From the NCBI GenBank assembly GCA_965215505.1, contig OZ244065.1, positions 2,720,001 to 2,784,000 of the forward strand: a DNA stretch of 64,000 nt. Reading direction: 5' to 3'. This document shows, piece by piece, positions 1 through 9,621 of the stretch. Below the pieces are notes generated by a model. It saw only the letters and a list, made by a program, of their open reading frames with translations. It was not told the DNA's origin and did not search any database. How positions within the stretch are numbered: the stretch's first letter is position 1; each line of letters begins with the position of its first letter. The translations under genes and the position numbers were made by a program. This stretch comes from Capsulimonadaceae bacterium. GTDB taxonomy: Bacteria > Armatimonadota > Armatimonadia > Armatimonadales > Capsulimonadaceae.

Positions 1-140
1 TGAATGGAACACCGGAACCGGACCAGGTTTATGGCGGTCCCCTCGATGATGACGCCGCCTTCCACCTGAGCGATGGCATCAAGGTACTCAGGGTAGGTGG
101 AGAATGCGAACATGGGATAGATGGGCCAGGTGTTGTTCAT
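1..140 (-). CDS. hypothetical protein, 5' part only (runs off window)
   Basis: ATG at 140 opens MNNTWPIYPMFAFSTYPEYLDAIAQVEGG... with no stop to position 1; same strand as upstream genes. Confidence 0.4.
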   Translation of the reverse strand, partial: MNNTWPIYPMFAFSTYPEYLDAIAQVEGGVIIEGTAINLVRFRCSI

Positions 141-168
141 GTCTCTTCTGCCTGCTCTACGGCCTCTT

Positions 169-744
169 TCAAGGCACGGGGACAGCCTCGCCCGGCAGCA
201 GCACGCGGAAGCTGCCCGCAACCACGCGGTCATCCTGAGTGTAAGAAGCAGTCCCGAAGTCGTCAAGGTGAATGAACGTGAAACGCTCACGGGCGCTTGG
301 GTCATCAACCTTGACGACGTGGCTGATCTCGATACTGTTTCTTGCGCCTTGTTTTTCTATCCGGCTGCTTTTCAGCGACTTGACGGTAGACTTATCGACG
401 GAAACAAGAATAAACTCCGCCTCCGGGTCCGGCTTGAACCACCGATGCCACAATGACAGACCGGGCAGGCGGTTCTCTTTCTTGGAAACCTGTAGGAATT
501 GAAGGTCTTTCTCCTGATTGTTCGCCGGGAACGAGTGGAGGGAAAGATCGTCCAGGTTCGACGGATACAGCAGCGTGTAGCGCACCCCGTCCGGGAAGGC
601 GGGGCTGGTGAAGCGGCGATACGACGGCTGAGGGGCGGACCTCGGCGCGACCGCGAGGCCGACCACCAGAATGGAGGCGACGGCGGCCAGGAGGTATTTC
701 CAAGGGCGGGGTGTTCTTGACGTTGTCTGCACTGTTTCCTCCAA
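169..744 (-). CDS. hypothetical membrane-anchored protein
   Basis: 191-aa ORF with N-terminal hydrophobic helix (YLLAAVASILVVGLAV); starts 10 nt after the CDF gene stop. Confidence 0.6.
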   Translation of the reverse strand: MEETVQTTSRTPRPWKYLLAAVASILVVGLAVAPRSAPQPSYRRFTSPAFPDGVRYTLLYPSNLDDLSLHSFPANNQEKDLQFLQVSKKENRLPGLSLWHRWFKPDPEAEFILVSVDKSTVKSLKSSRIEKQGARNSIEISHVVKVDDPSARERFTFIHLDDFGTASYTQDDRVVAGSFRVLLPGEAVPVP

Positions 745-753
745 ACGGGGCTT

Positions 754-1716
754 CTAGTGGTCGGCCCCGTGCCGCTCGCGCTGGTGCTGGGCCTCGTCCT
801 CATACGGCTCGATGTGGATGATGGGGTGCAGGTTCGGCAGGGCCGCCCGCAGCTCGTCCTCCAGGTCCTCGGTCAGCCGGTGGGCCTCGACGAAGGTGTG
901 CGTGTCGGCGATCTGCACATGCACATCCACATGGCGGTGCGAGCCGGACTTGCGGGTCCGCAGCTTGTGGAAGCTCAACACTTCGGGGTGCGCTTGCAGA
1001 ACCGCCGTCAGGGTCTGCTCCTCTTCGGGCGGCAGGGCGGTGTCGGCCAGGGTCCCCATGGCCTCCATCGCCAGGCCGACGCCGACGCGCAGGATCAGGA
1101 CCGAGACGCCCAGGGCGGCCACCGAGTCCCACCAGGGCATCCCCGTCTGTCGCACCAGGATCAGGCCGACCAGGACGCCCGCCGAGGTCAGCACGTCCGT
1201 CTGCAAGTGGTGGCCATCCGCGACCAGCGCGGGCGAGTCGGTTTCGCGCCCCACGCGCAGCAGGTGGCGGGACACGATGACGTTCAGGACCGCCGAGGCG
1301 GCCATGACGGCGATGCCCCACCCCAGGCCCGGCAGAGGCCCCGAATGAAGCAAATGCCGGATGGCCTCGCCGATGGCGAACACGCCGCCGACGAGGATCA
1401 GGGCCGCCGTCGCCGCGCCCGACAGGTTCTCGATCTTGCCGTGCCCGTAGGCGTGGACGCGGTCCGGCGGCTCGTCGGAGACGCGGATGGAGAGGAAGGC
1501 GACGACCGACCCGAACAGGTCGGCGGCGGAGTTGACCGCTTCCGCCAGGATGCCCGCGCTGCCGGTGACCGCGCCGACCACGACCTTCAGGCCGAGCAGG
1601 GTGGCGTTGGAGGCCAGCGACCAGCGCGCGGCGTCGCGCTTGCGCCGGGCGGCGACGTCCGGCGGGAGGGTGCCTGCCGGGTTGCTGCCGGCCGGGTTGT
1701 TCGTGGAGGTCGTCAT
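754..1716 (-). CDS. cation diffusion facilitator (FieF-like) metal transporter
   Basis: TM helices, SAAD and HxxxD metal sites, PPD..H.YGHGKIE motif, C-terminal dimerisation domain ending IHIEP. Confidence 0.93.
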   Translation of the reverse strand: MTTSTNNPAGSNPAGTLPPDVAARRKRDAARWSLASNATLLGLKVVVGAVTGSAGILAEAVNSAADLFGSVVAFLSIRVSDEPPDRVHAYGHGKIENLSGAATAALILVGGVFAIGEAIRHLLHSGPLPGLGWGIAVMAASAVLNVIVSRHLLRVGRETDSPALVADGHHLQTDVLTSAGVLVGLILVRQTGMPWWDSVAALGVSVLILRVGVGLAMEAMGTLADTALPPEEEQTLTAVLQAHPEVLSFHKLRTRKSGSHRHVDVHVQIADTHTFVEAHRLTEDLEDELRAALPNLHPIIHIEPYEDEAQHQRERHGADH

Positions 1717-1747
1717 TCGTCGTCGGCCTCGGAACCTCTCCCCGCCG

Positions 1748-1794
1748 CGGTAGCATCTCAGCCTCCCTTAACAGGGGAGGCTGAGATGCTACCG
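1748..1794. repeat. perfect 20-bp inverted repeat (7-nt loop), REP-like
   Basis: CGGTAGCATCTCAGCCTCCC-TTAACAG-GGGAGGCTGAGATGCTACCG; the core CCCTTAACAGGGGAGG recurs at about 1874-1889. Confidence 0.85.
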
Positions 1795-1866
1795 TGGAAG
1801 TCTTGCCGGGGACACTGCGTTGGCAGGCACCCAGCCAAAACACGTCAGCCCATCGTGGGCACCGTC

Positions 1867-3141
1867 CTACCCCCCCTTAACAGGGGAGGGTCGCCGCTCG
1901 CGGCGGGGAGAGGTCATCATCTGCTTCTTCACGGCGGGGCTGCTGTACCCGACCAGCTCCATGTAGGCGACGCCGCGAGCCGGCTTCGTGTCAATGTTAT
2001 CATTGTATGTCGCCAGCGGGAAGGCGGTCACCTGACACATACCCTCCCAGATGCCCGCGCCCGGCCCCAGAATCGGCATTTCCTGGTCTTTGACGGCGGC
2101 TGTCAGGTGCAGGCTCAGGTTCTTCTCCGGGAACGTCACCGTCCACCCCAGAGGGTACGTCACGCCGCTCTTCGCGCTCTTCCAAAGCGCCTTCGGGTCC
2201 GGCGTGAACACGATATTCTTGGTCACGCTCTGATGCCCGCTCTTATCCATGAACGTCGCCAGCGGGAAGAAGACGCGGCCCGTCGCCAGGTCACGCTGCC
2301 GGAAGAACAGGATGTCCGTCCCGTCGTCGAGCTGCGTCCCCCACCAGTCCCAGCCGTTGTTCGAGGCTACCCACGAGTTCCCCCACTGGTGGTCGAACCA
2401 CCCCAGGCCGCCGGTGATCTTCTCCGGCCCCGCGCCCGTGTCCACCGTCCCACCGACGGCGCAGCGGGTGAGCGAGAAGTAGTACATGTCGTTGGCGCGC
2501 TTCAGGCCCGTCTCGCCCTTGCCGCCCACCGCCATGGCGGGCTTCCGCGAGGCCAGGGTCAGGTGAATCTTGTCCGGCCCGCCCGCGTTCAGGTTCAGGT
2601 CGAAAGACGTGTTGGTGGCGTTCGTCGCCGCCAGCGTATTTTCCTCCCCGTAGGCCAGGTGGAACGGCGCGCTAACGACCGTGGCCTCCGAACCGATCTT
2701 CTGGTGGGGCGCGGGAAGTTTCCCCTGGTCCAAGCCCGCCAGGAAGGCGCGGACGCCCTTGTCATGCGGGTTCTGGGCGGCCAGCAGCGGCCCGAACTGC
2801 TTCAAGAGGGCGACCATGCCCGCGTCGGCCAGCGAGTAGGGCCGCTGCGTCTTCTTATCCAAGTCGGTGACGGCGTAGATGAGGTAGTGGGCGCGCGGGA
2901 TGGGCGAGCCGTCCAGCGGGTTGAAGCCGCTGCCGAACCGGAAGAACGACCCGATCAGGGCCAGGTGCCGGCCCTTCACCGTCGTGACGTGGGCGTTGAT
3001 GTACCACCACTCGATGTTGACGTCATTGTGTGCCGCCACGCCGAAGGCGGCGGGCTTGGGGGCGACCGGCGCGGCAAGGGCCGCAGGCATGTTCAGGCAA
3101 AATGCGAGCAGGAGCGTGTAGAGGAAAAGGCGTGGGCGCAT
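1867..3141 (-). CDS. secreted AttH/CrtC-like lipocalin-domain protein
   Basis: signal peptide; EWWY, YYFSLTR, WFDHQW, GWDW, WEG and AYMELVGY motifs. Confidence 0.85.
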   Translation of the reverse strand: MRPRLFLYTLLLAFCLNMPAALAAPVAPKPAAFGVAAHNDVNIEWWYINAHVTTVKGRHLALIGSFFRFGSGFNPLDGSPIPRAHYLIYAVTDLDKKTQRPYSLADAGMVALLKQFGPLLAAQNPHDKGVRAFLAGLDQGKLPAPHQKIGSEATVVSAPFHLAYGEENTLAATNATNTSFDLNLNAGGPDKIHLTLASRKPAMAVGGKGETGLKRANDMYYFSLTRCAVGGTVDTGAGPEKITGGLGWFDHQWGNSWVASNNGWDWWGTQLDDGTDILFFRQRDLATGRVFFPLATFMDKSGHQSVTKNIVFTPDPKALWKSAKSGVTYPLGWTVTFPEKNLSLHLTAAVKDQEMPILGPGAGIWEGMCQVTAFPLATYNDNIDTKPARGVAYMELVGYSSPAVKKQMMTSPRRERRPSPVKGG

Positions 3142-3216
3142 GGGAGCAAGGCTTTCTAAGCGTGACGAGCAGGGCCATTATACCCCGCCGCGCGGCAAGC
3201 CGCCTGCCTCCTCGCC

Positions 3217-3246
3217 TTGACACCGGCCTGGCCTATCGGCTATAGT
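3217..3246 (+). promoter_or_regulatory. sigma70-type promoter, probably leaderless surE transcript
   Basis: TTGACA-N18-TATAGT, with ATG 8 nt downstream. Confidence 0.7.
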
Positions 3247-3254
3247 TGACGGCA

Positions 3255-4025
3255 ATGCGTATCCTAGTGACCAATGACGACGGCGTCCAGTCGGACGGCC
3301 TGTTTGCCCTGTTCCATGCCCTGTCAAAGATCGGCGACGTGACGGTCGTGGCCCCCGAGCGCCAGCAGAGCGCGACCGGCCACGCGATCACCCTGCACAA
3401 ACCTCTGCGGCTCACTCCGACCACCCTGCGCGACGGCGCGGCAGCGTTCATGTCCAACGGCACGCCCTCCGACTGCGCGACCCTAGGCGTCCTGGAGGCG
3501 ATGGGCGGGGAGGTGGATTTAGTCGTCTCGGGCATCAACCACGGCCCCAATCTGGGCTGGGATCTGCACTACTCCGGCACCGTCTCGGCCGCCATTGAAG
3601 GCTCGATCATGGGCAAGCCCGCCCTCGCCGTCTCGGTCGCCTCCTGGGAGAAGGCCATGCACTTCGAGCCGGTCGCCCGCTTCGCCGCTCAGGTGGCGCA
3701 GTGGCTTGTTGCCCATCCGCTGCCGCCGAACACCATCCTGAACATCAACGCGCCCAACCTGCCCCAGTCTGAAATCCAAGGCGTGGCCGTGACCACCCAG
3801 GGCCGGCGGCAGTACATGGACCGGATCGAGAAGCGCCTGGACCCGACGGGCCGCCCCTACTACTGGCTCGGCGGCTCCCTGGCCGAAGAAGAAGCCGGGG
3901 CCGAAGCCGGCTCGGACGTCCGCGCCATCGCAGACGGCAAGATCTCCATCACGCCCGTGCATCTAGACCTGACGGCGTATGCGCTGATGCCGTCACTGAA
4001 GGAGTGGGAAAGCGATGGACGGTGA
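3255..4025 (+). CDS. surE: 5'/3'-nucleotidase SurE
   Basis: MRILVTNDDG, GTPSDC, SGINHGPNLG and YSGTV motifs. Confidence 0.97.
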   Translation: MRILVTNDDGVQSDGLFALFHALSKIGDVTVVAPERQQSATGHAITLHKPLRLTPTTLRDGAAAFMSNGTPSDCATLGVLEAMGGEVDLVVSGINHGPNLGWDLHYSGTVSAAIEGSIMGKPALAVSVASWEKAMHFEPVARFAAQVAQWLVAHPLPPNTILNINAPNLPQSEIQGVAVTTQGRRQYMDRIEKRLDPTGRPYYWLGGSLAEEEAGAEAGSDVRAIADGKISITPVHLDLTAYALMPSLKEWESDGR

Positions 4026-4037
4026 GGCCAGCCGCAG

Positions 4038-4463
4038 ATGAAAGAAATAGATGTTTCCGATCTAGCTGGGATATGGTTCCATGACGTGAAAATCAGCCAC
4101 ATCCGCGTTGACTACGTCAAAAGGGTGGCTGAACTTGAATGCATTATTCCAGTCGGTGATTGGAACTCCCCTAATCGGTACGGCATCACGGAAGGCGAAA
4201 TAAAAGGCTCGCTCTTTATGACCGGGCTTCTTTATCTTGTTATAGAACCGCCGGATGCCAACTACCCCTACGAGGATAGCGAAGGGATCGAGATCACAAG
4301 TGAGGGTTCAGCAACGACAGAAGAGTTCAAAACAAAGTATGCTGATCATCTTTCAGGGCTGCCGCAAGACTTGCCTGAGCAGGCTTTTCTCCACTGGTTC
4401 TATGTAGCCGAATGGAACACATTCATCTTTGTTGCTGCGACAGGCATATATTTCCGAGACTGA
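4038..4463 (+). CDS. hypothetical acidic protein, AT-richer than flanks (possible orphan immunity-like protein)
   Basis: 141-aa ORF with GAGG RBS and WFHD motif; base composition differs from neighbours. Confidence 0.7.
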   Translation: MKEIDVSDLAGIWFHDVKISHIRVDYVKRVAELECIIPVGDWNSPNRYGITEGEIKGSLFMTGLLYLVIEPPDANYPYEDSEGIEITSEGSATTEEFKTKYADHLSGLPQDLPEQAFLHWFYVAEWNTFIFVAATGIYFRD

Positions 4464-4514
4464 CACAGACTCAGTCCAGACCGCAGAAGATTCCGCAGCC
4501 CCAACGATAAGTCT

Positions 4515-5873
4515 ATGACAGACACACTACTCAACCAACAACACCAGCACCCGCGCCCCGTCGTCGCCAAGTTCGGCGGGTCCTCGGTGGCCGACGCCGA
4601 CCAAGTGCGGAAGATCGCGGCCATCGTCCGGGCGGACCCGCGCCGCCGGTTCGTCGTCGTGTCCGCGCCGGGCAAGCGCAGCGACAAGGACAAGAAGATC
4701 ACCGACCTGCTGTACCTCTGCCACTCGCTCGGCGAGCAGGGCTTGGACAGCAGCGCCCCGTTCGCGGTCATCAAGGAGCGATATCTGGGCATCGCGTCGG
4801 AACTGGGAGTGGCCGGGGCCTGGGAGTGGCTGCGGGACATCGGGCAGCAGATCGCCTCGGGGGCGGCCAAGGACTGGGTCGCCTCGCGCGGCGAGTACCT
4901 GAGCGCGCGCATCATCGCCGACTTCCTGGGGGCCGAGTTCGTGGACGCCGCCGACGGCATCCGCTTCGGGGCGGATGGGCGATTCCACGAGGGCGAGAGC
5001 TACGCCCGGCTCGGCGCGCGGCTGGCCGCCGTCCCCGAAGACAAGATCGCCGTCATTCCGGGCTTCTACGGGCAGGACGCGTTGGGCAAGATCAAGTGCT
5101 TCGGGCGCGGCGGGTCGGACGTCACGGGCGCTATCGTCGCCCGCGCTGTCCACGCCGCCGTGTACGAGAACTGGACCGACGTTTCCGGCCTGCTCATGGC
5201 CGACCCGCGCCTGGTCGAGAATCCCAGCCCCATCGAGGAGATCACCTACCGGGAGCAGCGTGAGCTGTCCTACATGGGCGCGACCGTGCTGCACGACGAG
5301 GCCGTGTTCCCCGTCCGCGAGGCGGGCATCCCCATCCACATCAAGAACACCAACCGCCCCGAGGACGCCGGGACGCAGATCGTCACGCGCCGGGACTCGC
5401 GCGCCACCTCCATCGTCGGAATCGCGGGCCGCAAGGGGTTCGCGACGCTGTTCACCGAGAAGGCGATGATGAACCAGGAGCGCGGCTACGGGCGCAAGGT
5501 GCTGGAGATACTCGAATCGCACGGCATCTCGTATGAACACTCGCCGACCTCCATTGACACCCTCTCGGTCATCGTCACCGACGAGGAACTCGACGGCAAG
5601 GAGCACGAGGTCGTCGCCGAGATCCGCCGCGTCGTCCAGCCCGACCGCATCGAGGTCCAGCGCGACATGGCGATGCTGGCCGTCGTCGGCCAGGGCATGA
5701 TCAGCCGCGTCGGCATCGCCGCCCGCGTCTTCGCCGCCTTGGCCGAGGCGGGGACCAACATCCGCCTGATCAACCAGGGGTCGAGCGAGCTGAACATCAT
5801 CGTCGGCGTCGCGACCGGCGACTACGAAAAGGCCGTCCGCGCCATCTACGCGGCGTTCGTGGAGAAGGAGTGA
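4515..5873 (+). CDS. lysC: aspartate kinase with two ACT domains
   Basis: VAKFGGSSVAD, VVVSAPG, GRGGSD and NWTDVSG motifs; C-terminal ACT repeats. Confidence 0.95.
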   Translation: MTDTLLNQQHQHPRPVVAKFGGSSVADADQVRKIAAIVRADPRRRFVVVSAPGKRSDKDKKITDLLYLCHSLGEQGLDSSAPFAVIKERYLGIASELGVAGAWEWLRDIGQQIASGAAKDWVASRGEYLSARIIADFLGAEFVDAADGIRFGADGRFHEGESYARLGARLAAVPEDKIAVIPGFYGQDALGKIKCFGRGGSDVTGAIVARAVHAAVYENWTDVSGLLMADPRLVENPSPIEEITYREQRELSYMGATVLHDEAVFPVREAGIPIHIKNTNRPEDAGTQIVTRRDSRATSIVGIAGRKGFATLFTEKAMMNQERGYGRKVLEILESHGISYEHSPTSIDTLSVIVTDEELDGKEHEVVAEIRRVVQPDRIEVQRDMAMLAVVGQGMISRVGIAARVFAALAEAGTNIRLINQGSSELNIIVGVATGDYEKAVRAIYAAFVEKE

Positions 5874-5876
5874 GCA

Positions 5877-6053
5877 ATGGTCTTGGTGTGGGAAGAAATC
5901 AAATGTGAGTTGACGGAGCAGGGGTTTCTTGCCGCCTCGCCGCCCGCGGCACTGAGAGCCAAAGTCCCAGGCGGATGGTTCATCCGAGTCGCTGCTGGAG
6001 CGTTCTTCTATCCCGACCCGGAACACGAATGGGACGGGTCTTCGCTGCCGTAG
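5877..6053 (+). CDS. 58-aa small hypothetical protein (below ORF-track cutoff)
   Basis: AAGGAG RBS inside the lysC end; MVLVWEEIKCELTEQGFLAASPPAALRAKVPGGWFIRVAAGAFFYPDPEHEWDGSSLP. Confidence 0.6.
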   Translation: MVLVWEEIKCELTEQGFLAASPPAALRAKVPGGWFIRVAAGAFFYPDPEHEWDGSSLP

Positions 6054-6081
6054 GGGTACAATCAAGTCAGGAGACTGCCTG

Positions 6082-6660
6082 ATGAACACACCGGAAGCAA
6101 TGCGGACTGACGGCAAACTCGCACAAGAACTGGAAACCTACTACACCCACAAGGCCAAATTGCTCGCAGAGGCCGAGGGAAAGTTCGTCCTCATCAAAGG
6201 GGAACAGATCGTCGGCATCTATGAGACCGAGAAAGAGGCGTTCGATGAGGGCCTTCGGCGGTTCCGCATGACGGGCTACCTGGCGCGAAAGATACACCAG
6301 GGCGAGAAGACGATCTACATCGGCGGCGGCGGGCCGGAGTATGTTGTCTCGACTCCGGGTGAAGACCCTATGGAACTGACAGAACTGCTCCAGGAGAAGC
6401 GCGACGACATCTTACGCATCGCGGGCCGGCACGGGGCCTCCAATGTGCGCGTCTTCGGCTCCGTCAGCCGGGGTGAGGGCGGGCCGGACAGTGACGTGGA
6501 TATTCTGGTGGACGTCGGCCCAAAGCCGTCCCCCTGGTTCCCGGCGGGGCTGGCCCTTGACCTGGAAGACCTGCTCGGTCGTAGGGTGGATGTCGCCACG
6601 CCCAACGCCTTGCACTGGTTCATCCGTGACCGCGTTCTGAGCGAAGCAAAGCCCCTATAA
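6082..6660 (+). CDS. MNT (minimal nucleotidyltransferase) antitoxin with N-terminal DUF5678-like extension; possible internal start at 6370
   Basis: FGSVSRGEGGPDSDVD (GS-x10-DxD) in the C-terminal half; N-terminal half has GKFVLIKGEQIVG; CAGGAG RBS. Confidence 0.85.
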   Translation: MNTPEAMRTDGKLAQELETYYTHKAKLLAEAEGKFVLIKGEQIVGIYETEKEAFDEGLRRFRMTGYLARKIHQGEKTIYIGGGGPEYVVSTPGEDPMELTELLQEKRDDILRIAGRHGASNVRVFGSVSRGEGGPDSDVDILVDVGPKPSPWFPAGLALDLEDLLGRRVDVATPNALHWFIRDRVLSEAKPL

Positions 6661-6667
6661 GCCCACT

Positions 6668-7015
6668 ATGTCAACGAGCCGGGATAGCCTATACCTGATC
6701 CACATCCGCGAATGCCTGGCGCGCGTCACCGAATACACCTCTGGCGGTCGCGAGGAGTTCATGGAAGACACCAGGACGCAGGATGCCGTCCTGCGGAACC
6801 TACAGGTCATGGGCGAATCCACTCAGCGACTCTCGGACGCGCTCAAGGCCGCCAACGCGCAGGTGCAGTGGCGTGATCTGGCGGCCTTCCGGAACATCCT
6901 GGTCCACAACTATCTGGGGATGGACCTGGCGCAAATATGGCAAATCATCACGGATGACCTTCCGCCGTTTGAACGGCAGATCGCGGCCATGATCCAGAGC
7001 ATGAACCCCACCTGA
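6668..7015 (+). CDS. HEPN (DUF86/HepT-like) RNase toxin
   Basis: RNILVHNY matches Rx4HxY; lies directly after the MNT gene. Confidence 0.92.
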   Translation: MSTSRDSLYLIHIRECLARVTEYTSGGREEFMEDTRTQDAVLRNLQVMGESTQRLSDALKAANAQVQWRDLAAFRNILVHNYLGMDLAQIWQIITDDLPPFERQIAAMIQSMNPT

Positions 7016-7806
7016 TGCAAGTCTCTTCCACATACCTCGTCGTCGGCGCGTCCAGCGGGATCGGGCGCTCGCTCGCGCTGGCACTGGCGCGCGAGGGCAA
7101 GCACGTCGCCCTGGTCGGGCGCAGCGAGGAGCGGCTGGCCAGGGTGGCGCGCGAGGTCGTGATGTTCGGCGGGACGCCCCTCGTCCTGGTGTCGGACGTG
7201 CGCGACCCAGTCTCCATCCAGGCGGCCGTGGCCCAGGTCGTGCTGCGCGGGCAGCGGATCGAGACGGCGATTCTGTCACAGGGCGTAGGGCTGGGGGTGG
7301 ACGCCGAGGAGTTCAGCGCGGACACCCTGGAGACCATGCTGGCCGTCAACGTCCTGGGCGTCGCCCGCTGGCTGGAAGCCTTGCAGCCGGTACTGAAAGC
7401 CCAGCCGGGCGGGGCAACGGTGGGTGTCGTGTCCAGCCTGTCGGCGGACAGGTCGTTCCCCGGCGCGGGCGCGGGCTACTCGGCCAGCAAGGCGGCCGTC
7501 AGCCAGCTCTGCGACGGCCTGCGCGCGCCGTGGGCCGCGCAGGGCATCCGGCTGGTGACGGTCGCGCCGGGCTTCGTCCGCACCCCGATGACGGCCTCGC
7601 AGTCCTGGCTGCCGTTCCTGATGGAACCCGAGGACGCCGCGCGTGTTATACTGAATGGTCTGCGTGCCGGGAAGAGCGTCGTCCGGTTCCCGCAGTCGGC
7701 GTCGCTGGCGATGGCCGCCGTGCGCCGGCTGCCGCCGCGCGTGCTGGACCTGCTGTACCGCATCCCCGTCGGGGGCGCGGGAACAGACGGCGGCCCGGCA
7801 TCGTAG
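7015..7806 (+). CDS. short-chain dehydrogenase/reductase
   Basis: GASSGIG and YSASK motifs, PGFVRT. Confidence 0.92.
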   Translation: MQVSSTYLVVGASSGIGRSLALALAREGKHVALVGRSEERLARVAREVVMFGGTPLVLVSDVRDPVSIQAAVAQVVLRGQRIETAILSQGVGLGVDAEEFSADTLETMLAVNVLGVARWLEALQPVLKAQPGGATVGVVSSLSADRSFPGAGAGYSASKAAVSQLCDGLRAPWAAQGIRLVTVAPGFVRTPMTASQSWLPFLMEPEDAARVILNGLRAGKSVVRFPQSASLAMAAVRRLPPRVLDLLYRIPVGGAGTDGGPAS

Positions 7807-7839
7807 ACAGACTGTGAGAAACCGAGGAGCATAACCGTA

Positions 7840-8574
7840 GTGACAAAGACCCCTTCAACGATTTTAACCCTGGCCGCGCTGGCGGCTCTCGCCGTCCCCG
7901 CCGCCCGTGCCGACCTCAAGGTGGTGCAGACACTCCACATTGACAGCCCGCAGCTCAAAGCCTACATGGACTCGATGACGCCCCAGCAGCGGGCACAGAT
8001 GAGCCGTTCCGGCAACCCGCTCCTCAGCGGTGCCCCGCAGGTGACGACTCTGTACCTACGCGGCGGCAAGTCACGCGCGGATGTCGGCGGCGTGACCTAT
8101 CTCTCGGATGCGGCGACGAACCAGACGACGGTGATCAACCGGCGCAGCCACACCTACACGACCATGCAGACGCCGTCCCCCACAGCGGGCGCGGGCCAGG
8201 TGACGGCCACGGTCAAGGACACCGGCCAGACGAAGATGATCCAGGGCCACCCCTCCCGCCACTACCTGATGTCGGCGACATTGGCCGCCCAGCCCGGTAC
8301 GGTCATCCAGGGCGACATCTGGGCCGCCCAAGACCTCCCCCGGCTCACCCTGCCGGCCAGTAGCCAGGGTCCACTGGCCGTGATGCAGGGCCTGATTCGG
8401 AAGGTCAACGGCTTCCCCCTGAAGACGACGTTCGCCGTCACCGGCAGCCCGCTCGGCAGCACGACGGCCACGACCTCGGTCGTGTCCGTGTCCAAGGCCA
8501 CCCTGCCCGCCTCCGACTTCGCCGTCCCGGCGGGGTACGCGAAGTCCGCCGCCGGCATGGGCGGGGGGCAGTAG
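7840..8574 (+). CDS. secreted DUF4412-like protein
   Basis: signal peptide; TGQTKMIQGH..RHY, GFPLKT and LPASDFAVPAGY motifs; GAGGAG RBS. Confidence 0.7.
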   Translation: MTKTPSTILTLAALAALAVPAARADLKVVQTLHIDSPQLKAYMDSMTPQQRAQMSRSGNPLLSGAPQVTTLYLRGGKSRADVGGVTYLSDAATNQTTVINRRSHTYTTMQTPSPTAGAGQVTATVKDTGQTKMIQGHPSRHYLMSATLAAQPGTVIQGDIWAAQDLPRLTLPASSQGPLAVMQGLIRKVNGFPLKTTFAVTGSPLGSTTATTSVVSVSKATLPASDFAVPAGYAKSAAGMGGGQ

Positions 8575-8649
8575 GGAAGCAGCAGGAGAAGAGGGCGCAG
8601 GCGGAGAAGGAGGGCGCACACGCAGGTGCGCCCTTTCCCCTCTAGCCGC

Positions 8650-9621
8650 CTAGAGCCGTGCCGCGAAGAACTTCTGCAAGGCCGGATAAACTACTTCGGG
8701 CGGCGGGACGTGCCCGTACTGGTCGAACCAGACGATCTGCTTCGGATCGCGGGCGGCCTCGTAAAGCTCTTGCTGGGCGGGGACGACGATCGTCGTGTCT
8801 TTGCGCCCCCCCAGCATCAGCAGCGCGCGCGGCGCGATGTGCGGGGCGAAGGTGAGCGGGTCCTCCGGGGCCAGTTGGACGCTAACCTGGTCCCAATCTA
8901 TGCCCTTGAGGTTCGCCGTGCTGCGCCCGCCGACCTCAGTCCGGTTCGCGGACAGCGTCTTCAGGATCAGCCCCCAATCCCCCCCGCCCGAGATCAGAGC
9001 GGTCGCCTTGATGCGCGGGTCTATGCCCGCCGCCACCGTACCAATGATCGCCCCCAGCGAAATGCCCGCCAGGCCGACATGCGCCTTGCTGATGTCGGGC
9101 CGCGTCCCCAGATAATCCAGCCCGCGCCGGACGTCTAGCGCTGACTGATGCACCGTCTTCGCCACCTCCTCGGCGGGCGCCAGATCGGACGGTTTGGCGG
9201 GCGTCCGCTCGCCCTGCCCGTACTCGTCAATCGCCAGCGAGGCGTACCCCGACTTGGCCGCGAACAGCGCCAGGCCCGCCATGGTTTCCTTGCTGCCGCC
9301 CAGCCCATGCAACAGCACCAGGCACGGGGCGGGGTGCGCCGCCGAGGCGCGCGGCGGCGTGAACAGGAGGGCGGGGACGCGCTGGCCGTTCGCGCTGAGG
9401 TAGGAAAAGCGCAGCAGGCGCGCGCCGGTGATGGCGCGCGTCTCGACGGTCTTGACGGCCAGGGCGGGATGGGCGTCGTCCGCGTAGGACGGCAAGGCCT
9501 TCTGGTAGATGGCGGCCCGGTCTATGGAGATCGCCACCTGGGCGCGGGCGGGGATCATCGGGGCGCAGAGGGTGAGGCACAGGCCGAGAAGCCCCGCCGT
9601 CGCGTCTAGTTTCATCGTCAT
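8650..9621 (-). CDS. secreted alpha/beta hydrolase (esterase-like)
   Basis: signal peptide; LHGLGG, GISLG nucleophile elbow, downstream Asp and His (YGH). Confidence 0.88.
   Translation of the reverse strand: MTMKLDATAGLLGLCLTLCAPMIPARAQVAISIDRAAIYQKALPSYADDAHPALAVKTVETRAITGARLLRFSYLSANGQRVPALLFTPPRASAAHPAPCLVLLHGLGGSKETMAGLALFAAKSGYASLAIDEYGQGERTPAKPSDLAPAEEVAKTVHQSALDVRRGLDYLGTRPDISKAHVGLAGISLGAIIGTVAAGIDPRIKATALISGGGDWGLILKTLSANRTEVGGRSTANLKGIDWDQVSVQLAPEDPLTFAPHIAPRALLMLGGRKDTTIVVPAQQELYEAARDPKQIVWFDQYGHVPPPEVVYPALQKFFAARL

Noticed and set aside
1717-1890. Possible metal riboswitch (yybP-ykoY or NiCo) upstream of the CDF transporter; GGGGGGTAG...GGCAAGAC on the minus strand looks similar
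   Set aside because: The GGAGUA and L3 consensus elements are missing and the region is explained by REP-like palindromes; an Rfam/Infernal search would settle it
757-3159. 800-aa plus-strand ORF, and similar long ORFs such as 10514-12322, 28722-30731 and 35196-37754
   Set aside because: Antisense shadows of well-supported genes, expected with high GC3; no motifs, and some span two opposite-strand genes
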